A DNA stretch of 64,000 nt from NCBI GenBank assembly GCA_964016885.1, contig OZ024741.1, positions 339,264,001 to 339,328,000 on the forward strand, given 5' to 3'. The translations under genes were made by a program, and so were the position numbers. The notes under the pieces are model-generated. The model had not been told where the DNA came from, ran no database searches, and was given only the letters and a program-made list of their open reading frames with translations. Positions 29,801 to 42,209 of this stretch are shown one piece after another. Position 1 is the first letter of the stretch; every line of letters begins with the position of its first letter. This stretch comes from Eledone cirrhosa (lineage: Eukaryota).

Positions 29801-32780
29801 TAAATTTATAATTTTAACTTAAACCACCTACATCTCTAAATTTATAGTTTTAACTTAAACCACCAATATCTCTAAATTTATAGTTTTAACTTAAACCACC
29901 AATATCTCTAAATTTATAGTTTTAACTTAAACCACCTACATCTCTAAATTTATAGTTTTAACTTAAACTACCAATATCTCTAAATTTAAAGTTTTAACTT
30001 AAACCACCAATATCTCTAAATTTATAGTTTTAACTTAAACCACCAATATCTCTAAATTTATAGTTTTAACTTAAACCACCAATATCTCTAAATTTATAGT
30101 TTTAACTTAAACCACCTACATCTCTAAATTTATAATTTTAACTTAAACCACCTACATCTCTAAATTTATAGTTTTAACTTAAACCACCAACATCTCTAAA
30201 TTTATAGTTTTAACTTAAACCACCAACATTTCTAAATTTATAGTTTTAACTTAAACCATCAACACCTCTAAATTTATAGTTTTAACTTAAACCACCTACA
30301 TCTCTAAATTTATAGTTTTAACTTAAACCACCAACAACAATACTAAATTAATAGTTTTAACTTAAACCACCAACACCACTGAATTTATAGTTTTAACTTA
30401 AACCACCAACACCACCAAATTTATAGTTTTAAACTTAAACCACAAACACCACTGAATTTATAGTTTTAACTTAAACCACCTACATCTCTAAATTTATAGT
30501 TTTAACTTAAACCACCTACATCTCTAAATTTATAGTTTTAACTTAAATCACCTGCATTTCTAAATTTATAGTTTTAATTTAAACCACCAACATCTCTAAA
30601 TTTATAGTTTTAACTTAAACCACCAACATCTCTAAATTTATAGTTTTAACTTAAACCACCTACATCTCTAAATTTATAGTTTTAACTTAAACCATCAACA
30701 ACAATTCTAAATTTATAGTTTTAACTTAAACCACCTACATCTCTAAATTTATAGTTTTAACTTAAACCACCAACATCTCTAAATTTATAGTTTTAACTTA
30801 AACCACCTACATCTCTAAATTTATAGTTTTAACTTAAACCACCTACATCTCTAAATTTATAGTTTTAACTTAAATCACCTGCATCTCTAAATTTATAGTT
30901 TTAACTTAAACCACCAACATCTCTAAATTTATAGTTTTAACTTAAACCACCAACATCTCTAAATTTATAGTTTTAACTTAAACCATCAACACCTCTAAAT
31001 TTATAGTTTTAACTTAAACCATAAACACCACTAAATTTATAGTTTTAACTTAAACCACCTACACCTCTAAATTTATAGTTTTAATTTAAACCACCAACAA
31101 CAATACTAAATTAATAGTTTTAACTTAAACCACCAACAACAATACTAAATTAATAGTTTTAACTTAAACCACCAACACCACCAAATTTATAGTTTTAACT
31201 TAAACCACCAATATCTCTAAATTTATAGTTTTAACTTAAACCACCAATATCTCTAAATTTATAGTTTTAACTTAAACCACCTACATCTCTAAATTTATAA
31301 TTTTAACTTAAACCACCTACATCTCTAAATTTATAGTTTTAACTTAAACCACCAACATCTCTAAATTTATAGTTTTAACTTAAACCACCAACATTTCTAA
31401 ATTTATAGTTTTAACTTAAACCATCAACACCTCTAAATTTATAGTTTTAACTTAAACCACCTACATCTCTAAATTTATAGTTTTAACTTAAACCACCAAC
31501 AACAATACTAAATTAATAGTTTTAACTTAAACCACCAACACCACTGAATTTATAGTTTTAACTTAAACCACCAACACCACCAAATTTATAGTTTTAAACT
31601 TAAACCACAAACACCACTGAATTTATAGTTTTAACTTAAACCACCTACATCTCTAAATTTATAGTTTTAACTTAAACCACCTACATCTCTAAATTTATAG
31701 TTTTAACTTAAATCACCTGCATTTCTAAATTTATAGTTTTAATTTAAACCACCAACATCTCTAAATTTATAGTTTTAACTTAAACCACCAACATCTCTAA
31801 ATTTATAGTTTTAACTTAAACCACCTACATCTCTAAATTTATAGTTTTAACTTAAACCATCAACAACAATTCTAAATTTATAGTTTTAACTTAAACCACC
31901 TACATCTCTAAATTTATAGTTTTAACTTAAACCACCAACATCTCTAAATTTATAGTTTTAACTTAAACCACCTACATCTCTAAATTTATAGTTTTAACTT
32001 CAACCACCCACATCTCTAAATTTATAGTTTTAACTTAAATCACCTGCATCTCTAAATTTATAGTTTTAACTTAAACCACCAACATCTCTAAATTTATAGT
32101 TTTAACTTAAACCACCAACATCTCTAAATTTATAGTTTTAACTTAAACCATCAACACCTCTAAATTTATAGTTTTAACTTAAACCATAAACACCACTAAA
32201 TTTATAGTTTTAACTTAAACCACCTACACCTCTAAATTTATAGTTTTAACTTAAACCACCAACAACAATACTAAATTAATAGTTTTAACTTAAACCACCA
32301 ACAACAATACTAAATTAATAGTTTTAACTTAAACCACCAACACCACCAAATTTATAGTTTTAACTTAAACCACCAACACCACCAAATTTATAGTTTTAAC
32401 TTAAACCACCAATACCACTGACTTTATAGTTTTAACTAAACTACTGCACCACTAAATTTATAGTTTTAAACTTCAATCACCAGTACTAACAACAACACAA
32501 CTAATTTTATAGTTTTAAACTTAAACCACTACCACTAAATTCATAGTTTTAACTTTAAAAAAAACCACCACGAAATTTATAATGTTAACTTAAACCACTA
32601 CTGCCACCAAATTTATAGTTTTTAATTTAAAAAACGCCATCACCATAAAATTTATAGTTTTTAATTAAAAAAACATCACCACTACTAAATTAATAGTTTT
32701 AAACTTAAAATCACCTCTGCTAAAGTAATAGTTTTAAATTTAGACCACCACCCCAGGCACACCACTAATTTTAGAGTTTT
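23860..32780. repeat. 36-bp satellite array, about 8.9 kb and roughly 245 units
   Basis: Unit TCTCTAAATTTATAGTTTTAACTTAAACCAC+CAATA or CTACA; period 36 (24001, 24037); degenerates at the right end. Confidence 0.99.
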
Positions 32781-33179
32781 ATATACATCCATGAACACTA
32801 TCACACTGAGACAATGAAGAAGACTCTGTGATGACTGAACCTGCAAATCTCCCTCATATTCACAAGTAAAGATACTATAAACATTTGACTTTAAAAAACT
32901 CTTTTACATATTTTCTGCTAAATCATTACAGGATGTTAAGAGTACTGTAAATTTTCACAATGGCTGTCCACTTTAACAAACCCATTTTTTAATATTCTTT
33001 TCTAAATCATTACTGAATGTTAAGGGATAATGCTGCACATTTATACAAAAATCTGTCCACCAGTAAAGATACTTTAAACATTTGAATTAACAAAACTGTG
33101 TTTAGAAAGTTTCTGCTGAATCATTATAAGATTTTAAGAGATAATACTGTAAATTTTCACAATGAAATCACCATTATTT

Positions 33180-33947
33180 GGAGTTCAAATCCCGCCGAGG
33201 TTTGCTTTGCCTTTCATCCTTATGGGTTCAATAAAATAAAGCACCAGTAATGCACTGGGGTAATTGTTGACCTTGTGCCTAAAGTAGAAACAATTATTAT
33301 TATTATTAAGGGCGGTGGATTGGCAGTATCGGTAGAGGGTCGGACACCATGCTTTGCAGCAAAGAGTTACGGCCCTTTATGATCTGAGTTCAAATCCCGC
33401 CGAGGTTAACTTTGCCTTTCATCCTTACGAGGTCGATAAAATAAAGTACCAGTCACACACTGGGGTCGATTTAATCGACTTTCCTCTCCCCCAAAATTGC
33501 TGGATTTGTGCTATAGTTGAAATCATTATTATTACTATTAGGGTGGTGGATTGGCAGTATCAGTAGAATGCCAGACAACACTTTGCAGTATATCGTTACA
33601 GCTCTTTATGTTCTGAGTTCAAATCCCGCTGAAGCTAGTTTTGCCTTTCATTCTTACAGTGTCGATAAAATAAAGTACCAGTAACACACTGGGGTCGATT
33701 TAATCAACTTCTTCCTCCTCTAAAATTGTTGGCCTTGTGCCTAAATCAGAAACCATTATTTTCACGGTGAATTGGCAGTATCGGTAGAGGGCCGGACGCC
33801 ATGCTTTTCAGAATAGAGTTACGTCCCTTTACGGTCTGAGTTCAAATCTCGTCGAGGTTAACTTTGCCTTTCTTCCTTACCGGGTCGATAAAATAAAGTA
33901 CCAGTAATGTACTGGGCAATTGCTGGCCTTGTGCCAAAAGTAGAAAC
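33180..33947 (+). mobile_element. Four family A SINEs head to tail
   Basis: GAGTTCAAATC and the core motif occur four times, separated by short (ATT)n tails. Confidence 0.92.
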
Positions 33948-34697
33948 AATCATTTTCACTATTCCTTTTTTCTGGAACATTGAAAGCAGTAAAATAAAAG
34001 GATTTTCAATCTTATGAATATGCAAGTCAAAATGAATTAATATAATATATATCTTTATATTTTTTGACCATTTCAGGTCTGTTGTTGTTTCACAAGTTTT
34101 TCATCTTTTTTCTGTTTTCTTCGGGATGCTTTCCTTACAACATACCACATGTATAATAATCAATATAATATATATATATCTGTGTGTTTGTGTGTATATT
34201 TCTTTTGTGTTTGTATATTTGTATATTATATTTACACACACACACTCACACACACAACACACACACATACACACACATACATATATATATGTTTGTATGT
34301 ATGTGTATATATATATATGTGTTTGTACGTATGTGTATGTATATATATATATATGTGTGTTAGTATGTATGTGTATGTATATATATATATGTGTGTGTTT
34401 GTATGTATGTGTATGTATATATATATAAGTGTATGCATGTGTATGTATATGTGTGTTTGTATGTATGTGTATATATGTGTTTGTATTTATGTATATATAT
34501 ATGTGTGTGTTTGTATGTATGTATATATATATATGTGTGTGTGTTTGTATGTATGTGTTTGTAAGTGTTTATGTAAGTGTATATGTATATATGTGTAAGT
34601 GCATATATATGTATGTGTATATATATATATATATGTATATATATGTATATATATATATGTATGCGTATGTATACATATATATATATATATATATATA

Positions 34698-34737
34698 TAG
34701 TATTATATATGTACACATATTTTTATATATATAATTC

Positions 34738-34774
<37 letters not shown>

Positions 34775-34877
34775 TTATATATGTACACATATTTTTATAT
34801 ATATATAATTCATATTATATATATATATATATATATATAGTGTTATATATGTACACATATTTTTATATATATAATTC

Positions 34878-34928
<51 letters not shown>

Positions 34929-34975
34929 TTATATATGTACACATATTTTTATATATATAATTCATATTATATATA
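34698..34975. repeat. Four-copy tandem repeat with variable (TA)n linker
   Basis: AGTGTTATATATGTACACATATTTTTATATATATAATTCATATTA followed by (TA)n. Confidence 0.9.
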
Positions 34976-35189
34976 TATGTTCATATATATATATTTTTAT
35001 ATATACATACATGCTTTCACTCCACCATATATACACATATACACAAATATGTGTATACACAATTTAACATGCATATTTTTGCCTTTGAGTGTGTTACATA
35101 CATTATTTCTATGATGCTTATTTTGTTGTTTTGATTAACACATTTTTAAACACATCTTTTAACACTTTCATACTTTCCTAACTCTCTAT

Positions 35190-35700
35190 CCCTCTTCTCT
35201 CTCTCTGGCTATCTTCCCCCTTCTCTCTCTTGCTATCTTCTCCTCCCTCTCTCTCTCTTGCTATTTCCCCCCTTCTCTCTCTCTCTTGCTATCTTACCCC
35301 TTCTCTCTCTCTCTCTCGCTAGCTTTTCCCCTTCTCTCTCTCTCACTATTTCTCTCCCCTTCTCTCTCTTGCTATCTTTCCCCCTTCTCTCTCTTGCTGT
35401 CTTTCCCCCTTCTCTCTCTTGCTATCTTTCCCCCTTCTCTCTCTTGCTATCTTTCCCCCTTCTCTCTCTCTCGCTATCTTTCCCCCTTCTCTCTCTCTTG
35501 CTATCTTTCTCCTCTCTCCCTCTCTCGCTATCTTTCCCCCCTTCTCTCTCTCTCTTGCTATCTTTCCCCCCTTCTCTCTCTCTCTCGCTATCTTTCCCTC
35601 CTTCTCTCTCTTGCTATCTTTCCCCCTTCTCTCTTTCTCTCTCTTGCTATCTTTCCCCCTTCTCTCTCTCTCTCTTGCTATCTTTCTCCACTTCTCTCTC
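35190..35700. repeat. CT-rich minisatellite (CTCTCTCTTGCTATCTTTCCCCCTT)n
   Basis: Recurrent GCTATCTTTCC anchor every ~25-30 bp. Confidence 0.9.
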
Positions 35701-36124
35701 TCTCTCTCCCTTTCGCTCTCTCCCTTTCTCTCTATCTTTACTTTCCCCTTCTCTTTCTCTTTCTCTTTTTCCCCTCCCTCTTTCTATCTTTCCTCTTCTC
35801 TTTTTCTCTTTTTCTCTTTTCCCCTTCGCTTCTCTCTCCATCATTCTCCTTTTCTTTATCTTTCTCTTCTTCACACACACTCTCTCTCTGTCTCTTCTTC
35901 ACACACACTCTCTCTCGCTCTCTCTGTCTATCTTTCTTTCTCCTTTTCATTCTCTCTCTCATATACTTCCATTTTTTAATGCTTTTTCTCTCTCTCTCTA
36001 TCTTTCTATCTCTCACTCTTTCTCTCTGTATGTGTGAAAAGAACACACTCTCTTTCCTTCCCTGCTTCACACCTTTCCACCCACACACCCACACTCTTTC
36101 CTCTAATTTCATTTTCACACTTCC

Positions 36125-36198
<74 letters not shown>

Positions 36199-36575
36199 AT
36201 CTCTCTCTCTCTCTCTCTCTTGCCACATAGTATAAATATTCTTTTTTGTTATTATTTTAATTGTATGTGTAGTTGTTATAAATGTTGTTGTTATTGATGG
36301 TGTTGTGTTGTTGTTGCTGTCAGATTATTATTATTATTATTATTAATATATATTTTCATTATTTTTTTTACTTATCCTTCTGTAATTTTTTTTCTCTCTA
36401 TATCTGTTATTTCTTCTTGTAATATATTTTATTTACAAAACACACACATACATATGTATGGTATGTGTGTATATATAAATATATATATATACATACACAT
36501 ATGTACGCTCACAACTATTCATATATATTGTGCGTGTACATACACACATACATATAAGTATATACAAATATATAA

Positions 36576-36636
<61 letters not shown>

Positions 36637-36825
36637 GTGTGTCTCTGTGTGTATATATACATATGTATGTGGATATAGATATGTATTTATACATTCATTT
36701 TTTTTTAAGCCAGAAGAAAATAAATGTTATTGATTTTTGTGAGCATAAAAGCCAAAATATATTAATTTTTGCACATATGTATATTTTGTAGCTTTGCATT
36801 TCATTTTTGTAATATTTATATACAT

Positions 36826-36931
<106 letters not shown>

Positions 36932-37059
36932 GTGTGTGTGTGTTAGTTTTTGATTATTGATGTTATTTTGTTTTGGTTTTCTTGTATTTCGCCTTCCTCC
37001 ACCTCATTTCTTGGTATATGTCCCACGGTACATAGTTTTGTTGGTTGTTTCTTGTTTGT

Positions 37060-37778
37060 GAGGTGGTGTGTGTGGATGAGGTGGTGGTGGTGATGGTGGC
37101 TGTGGTGGTGATGGTGGATGTGGTGGTGGTGGTGGATGAGGTTGTGGTGGTGATGGTGGATGTGGTGCTGATGGTGGATGTGGTGGTGGTGGTGGATGAG
37201 GTTGTGGTGGTGATGGTGGATGTGGTGCTGATGGTGGATGTGGTGGTGATGGTGGATGTGATGGTAGTGGTGGCTGTGATGGTGGTGGTGGTGTATGTGA
37301 TGGTGGTGGTGAATGTGATGGTGGTGGTGGATGTGATGGTGGTGGTGTATGTGATGGTGGTGGTGGATGTGATGGTGGTGGTGGATGTGATGGTAGTGGT
37401 GGCTGTGATGGTGGTGGTGGATGTGATGGTAGTGGTGGATGTGATGGTGGTGGATGTGATGGTGGTGGTGGTGGATGTGATGGTGGTGGTGGATGTGATG
37501 ATGGTGGTGGATGTGATGGTGGTGGTGGATGTGATGGTGGTGGTGGTGGTGGATGTGATGGTAGTGGTGGATGTGATGGTGGTGGTGGTGGTGGATGTGA
37601 TGGTAGTGGTGGATGTGATGGTGGTGGTGGTGGTGGTGGTGGATGTGGTGGTGGTGATTGTGATGGTGGTGGTGGATGTGATGGTGGTGGTGGTGGTGGA
37701 TGTGGTGGTGGTGGATGTGGTGGTGGTGGTGGTGGTGGTGGTGGATGTGGTGGTGGTGGATGTGGTGGTGGTGGTATT
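37060..37778. repeat. (GGT)n-GGATGTGAT compound repeat
   Basis: Direct reading. Confidence 0.95.
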
Positions 37779-38037
37779 GGTTGCTGGTGATGGTTGTGTT
37801 GTCAATAAGTGCTCTTATTGTTAGTGGCAGTAGTCTCACTGTTGTTGTTATTGTATCATGTTAACCTATGATCAGTCATTCCAGATCTGATATGACCATA
37901 ATATTATTGTGGTGATGGTTTTAAGTTTGTGGCGTGTGATTTAAGGAAGATTTATTTAACTACCTTTTCTTGTAAAGTTAATACTTAATTCTAGATTTAG
38001 GTTCTAGTAAATACTGCCTCTTTACTGAACCTGCAGT

Positions 38038-38070
<33 letters not shown>

Positions 38071-38726
38071 GTTTTCTTTTTTGTATCAGCTTTTCCATGT
38101 TGGCATGAGTTGGACAGAATTTTTCAAGGCAATATTTTACAACTGGATGGCCTTCCTATTACTAGCCCTTTTAGTTGAATCAAATGATACATATGGATAT
38201 GCTGAACCTATTCTTAACTGAACACACACAAGTCAAACTAAAATGCAATGGCTTTAACAATCAAATCTATACAGGACAGCACTATTACTAAAATGGAAGA
38301 ACAGGAAACTCAATATTACATGGTACAATCCTCCATGTGGTTTAAATATTTGCTGTAATGTTGTCAGAAATTTCCTGAACATCTGAAATAATCATTTCCC
38401 CATATACCATATATACAAGATCTTAAATAGAAATACTGTGAAAGTGAGATACAGGTGTACCAGTGAAACAAGGCTATGCAGGGTTTACTGAAAATCCCTT
38501 TGAAAAAAGATTGTTTTATATGTATACATTGCAACACCCAACAAGATATCTTACTATCTTAGTATTCAAATATATCTGGAGTTTGATGGATGAAAATATT
38601 TACATTTGTGTCTCTTGGAGAACTATGGGATCCTATTACAGTGATCTTGAATCTGGTACTGCATGGTTTCAGCTCTACATAGGTGTTTAAATTAATTAAA
38701 TAAATGTTAGAAGGGAGACACACATA

Positions 38727-38960
38727 CATGTGATGCACATGGATGATGATGGCTGGGGAAGAAGTGCCAAGAAATCCCAGTGGAAGGAATCTGCAATAGA
38801 GGAAGACCTTGGTGGAGGTGGTGAGAGCTGATCTCAAATTGGTGAGAGTCACTGAGGAGATGATGAAGGAATACAGCGAGTGGAGAGATGTTGTGCTGGA
38901 AAGAACCCATACAACCCATGCAAGTGTGGAAAAATGGACATAAAAGCAATGACGATGTTG
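38727..38960 (+). mobile_element. RTE-type LINE 3' end
   Basis: Similar to 58520-58780; ends ACCCATGCAAGTGTGGAAAAATGGACATAAAA plus (GAT)n. Confidence 0.7.
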
Positions 38961-38961
38961 A

Positions 38962-39007
<46 letters not shown>

Positions 39008-39359
39008 TCATCATCATTCATCATCATCGTTTAACGTCTATCTTCCACGCTAGCATGGGTTTAGACGGGAATTGTCCCAGGTGAGGCAAGATTGGTTGCC
39101 TTGCTCGTATAGGACTGTCTGGTAGGTTTTCTACGGCTGGATGCCCTTCCTAACACCAACCACGTTTACAGTGTGGACTGGGAGGTTTTTACTGTGTTAC
39201 CGACACGGCCACATTACAGCGTGGACTGTGTGTTTTTTTGTCGTGACACCTACACGACCTCATTTATTTAGGACTGGAGAGTGTGGCACCAACATAACTT
39301 TAGGTGTAGATGGGGGTGGGGGTAAGCGTAGTGGGACAGGGGTGTATTTTTGGTTAGGA

Positions 39360-39735
39360 GGTGCCTACTGAATGTAGCTTTCGCTTGTATTACTGCGTAG
39401 CGCCAAAAATCTCGGTCCAGTGACATTGTCTTGGAGAGGTGTAAGTGTGTAAGGTCGGAATTTATCAAATCGTCCCAGGTTTTTCTGGGTCTACCTACTC
39501 CGTAGCTTCCATCTATTTTGATTGCCCTGCACTTTTTTATACAGCTGTCGTCTTTCATGCGCATCACGTGACCATACCAACGTAGTCTTCTCTCGCGTAA
39601 ACAGCATCTGATCCCTCTTATTCCTAATTTTTCACTTAGTTCATTTATGCTTTGCCGTTCACGTATATTACTATTACTATTACACAATGCCCATGTCTCA
39701 CTGCCATGTAACATTGCTGTTCGTATGCAGGCATT
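39360..39735 (-). mobile_element. RTE-type LINE ORF2 C-terminal fragment
   Basis: MLHGSETWAL..RERRLRWYGHVMRM..GRPRKTWDDLINSDL..DRDFWRYAV. Confidence 0.88.
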
Positions 39736-39762
39736 TATATATATATATACAATGATGATATA

Positions 39763-41344
39763 TAGTGCCCCGCAAAAGTTTACAACACATTAGGAAAAAT
39801 GCGGTTTTAGGTATTTTTAATAAAGTTAGGGTAATGAAAATTTAACTACCGATAGAACATATAAAGAGGCATTTAATGATACAATCATAGTTTAAAAAAA
39901 TAACAAGGAAATAACTCATGAAGAAAAATCAATATTTTTATAACGCAAAAGTTTACAACACATTTATTAAATCATCTCTTAATATTTCGTAGCGTAACCT
40001 TTGTTGCTAATTACAGCCTGTAGGGCGTTTGGAGTAGCCTCCTACAAACTTCTTGCATGTTTCTTGGCTAATATTTATCCATTCTTCACAACAAATTTTC
40101 TTTAGTTCAGGGATATTTTGGGGTTTCCTTTTTTGAATTCTCTCCACAAATTTTCAATCGGGTTAAGATCTGGAGACTGACATGGTCATTTTAGAACATT
40201 TATTCCATTCGTACTTAACCAAGATTGTGTTAGCTTTGCAGTATGCTTTGGATTGTTATCTTGTTGAAAAAACCAACCTGGCTTTAAGCTGAGAGAATGT
40301 GCACTTTGATGTAAATTCCTTTGGAAAATACCTCTATAATAAGTGCCACCCATTCTTCCTTCTATTATTTCAATATTTCCTACTCCTGTGGCACTAAAGC
40401 AACCCCAGACCATGATTGATCCACTTCCAAATTTTACAGTTGGAATAGTATTCTTCGGCGAATATTCAGTACCTTTCTTTCTCCAGACTTTTGCCACAGC
40501 ATTTCGACCAGAATGTTCAATTTTTGTTTCGTCCGACCAAAGTACATCTTCCCAAAATGACGCAGGTTTGATGAGATGCTCATTTGCAAAGTTTAATCGA
40601 CGAAGAACGTGTTTTCCTTGGAGACCTCGAGAAGATATTATATCGACGAAGTGAACGACTAATGTATCTGTGCTCACTTTTACTCCACTTTCTTCTAGGT
40701 CATCCTGAAGATTTTTAAGAGTACACCGGGGTTCGTTGCCAACCTTTCTCGTCAATAACCGAGCTGCACGTTCTGTTATCTTTCTAGGACAACCAGAACT
40801 AATTAGAGGACAGATGGAATGATGAGATTTCCAGTGACGAATTATTGTACCAACTGAACTCAATGGCACATTTAACTGACAAGATATCTTTCTATAACCA
40901 ACACCATTTGTATGAAGGTCTACAATGCGTTTACAGAGGTCTTGATCAATCAGTTTATTTTTCCCCATATTGTCCATGTTTACAGGACGGTTGTCAATGT
41001 TTACAGGATGGTTGTCAGACAAATAATGATGTAATGTTTTTAATAGTCCTTAGAAGTTACCTTAAACCTAATCTAGAACATTCTACTGAATTTTAAATCT
41101 GAAAATTTAAGAATTTTCTTGAAAAAAAGCGATAAATATAAAATGTGTTGTAAACTTTTGCGTTATAAAAATATTGATTTTTCTTCATCTATTATTTCCT
41201 TGTTATTTTTTTAAAAATATGATTGTATCATTAAATGCCTCATTATATGTTCTATCAGTAGTTAAATTTTCATTACCCTAACTTTATTAAAAATACCTAA
41301 AACTGCATTTTTCCTAATGTGTTGTAAACTTTTGCGGGGCACTG
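39763..41344 (-). mobile_element. Full-length Tc1-family DNA transposon (1582 bp), IR/DR type
   Basis: TIRs 39763-39965 and 41141-41344, terminus CAGTGCCCCGC (left copy has C>T), TA on both flanks, GCAAAAGTTTACAACACATT at both ends of each TIR. Confidence 0.97.
39979..40968 (-). pseudogene. Tc1 DD34E transposase pseudogene
   Basis: MGKNKLIDQDL HTH start, GCPRK linker, WSDETK, FQQDNNPKH, then K*PCQSPDLNPIENLW (34 residues between D and E) and GYATKY*; premature stop at 40186-40188 and several indels. Confidence 0.95.
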
Positions 41345-41352
41345 TATATATA

Positions 41353-41498
41353 TGGAGGCACATGGCTCAGTGGTTAGAGCATTGGCTTTGCAATCGAAAG
41401 GTTGTGAGTTCAATTCTCAGACCGGGTGATGTGTTGTTTCCTTGAGCAAGACACTTTATTTCACATTGCTCCAGTTTACTCAGCTGTAGAAATGAGAT
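41353..41498 (+). mobile_element. tRNA-derived SINE family B, 5' part
   Basis: TGGCTCAGTGGTTAGAGC A box, GAGTTCAATTC B box, CCTTGAGCAAGACACTT core; related minus-strand fragments at 41790-41917 and 61595-61705. Confidence 0.85.
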
Positions 41499-41918
41499 CA
41501 TAGGGACTGGGGTCCATATCATTCCACTGCAAAGTGGACGTGTAGATGCCACGGCAAAAAAAACACCCAGCACTCACTGTAAATGAGGTTGGTGTTAGGA
41601 AGGGCATCCAGCTGTAGAAATCAAGCCAGAATCAGTTCCCGTCCCACCCTTGCAAGCAGGGAAAAGTGGACATAAAATGAAATGATGATGATGAAATGAT
41701 GATATATATCGACAGTCGATCGACTTTCGTCAAATGAGACCGAGGAAACAATGTTTCTGTTGGTCTTTCCAATTGCTAATACTCTCTATCAGTCGCATCA
41801 CCAGGTAGAAGGAGCAATGTGTCTTGCTCAAGGACATAACGCATTGTCCGGTCCAGGAATTGAACTTACAACCTCACAATTGTGAATCCAAATTTCTTAC
41901 CACTCAGCCATGCATCTT

Positions 41919-41966
<48 letters not shown>

Positions 41967-42209
41967 TCCTAATACCAAAACTAATAAATTTGAACAATAG
42001 TGTCTTGAAATAAATTGTATTGAATGTTATTTTAAATATCTAAAGTATTTTTCTAAATTCTTTTGTGGTTTCAATTCTTGAAATATTGGTTTTTCAGAGA
42101 TGAATAATAAATAGAAAAATATTGATGTTAGCAAAATTAGTCAAAACATTTCCATGTAAACAGCAAAAACTATGAATCTATGGTAAATGAACATATTTAA
42201 TGATATATC

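Noticed and set aside
23860-32780. CRISPR-like look (constant ~26 bp plus variable ~10 bp, with polarity)
   Set aside because: The variable parts are a few recurring variants, not unique spacers; no cas genes; eukaryotic context
41353-41430. tRNA gene
   Set aside because: The A and B boxes continue into a SINE body and no full cloverleaf is evident
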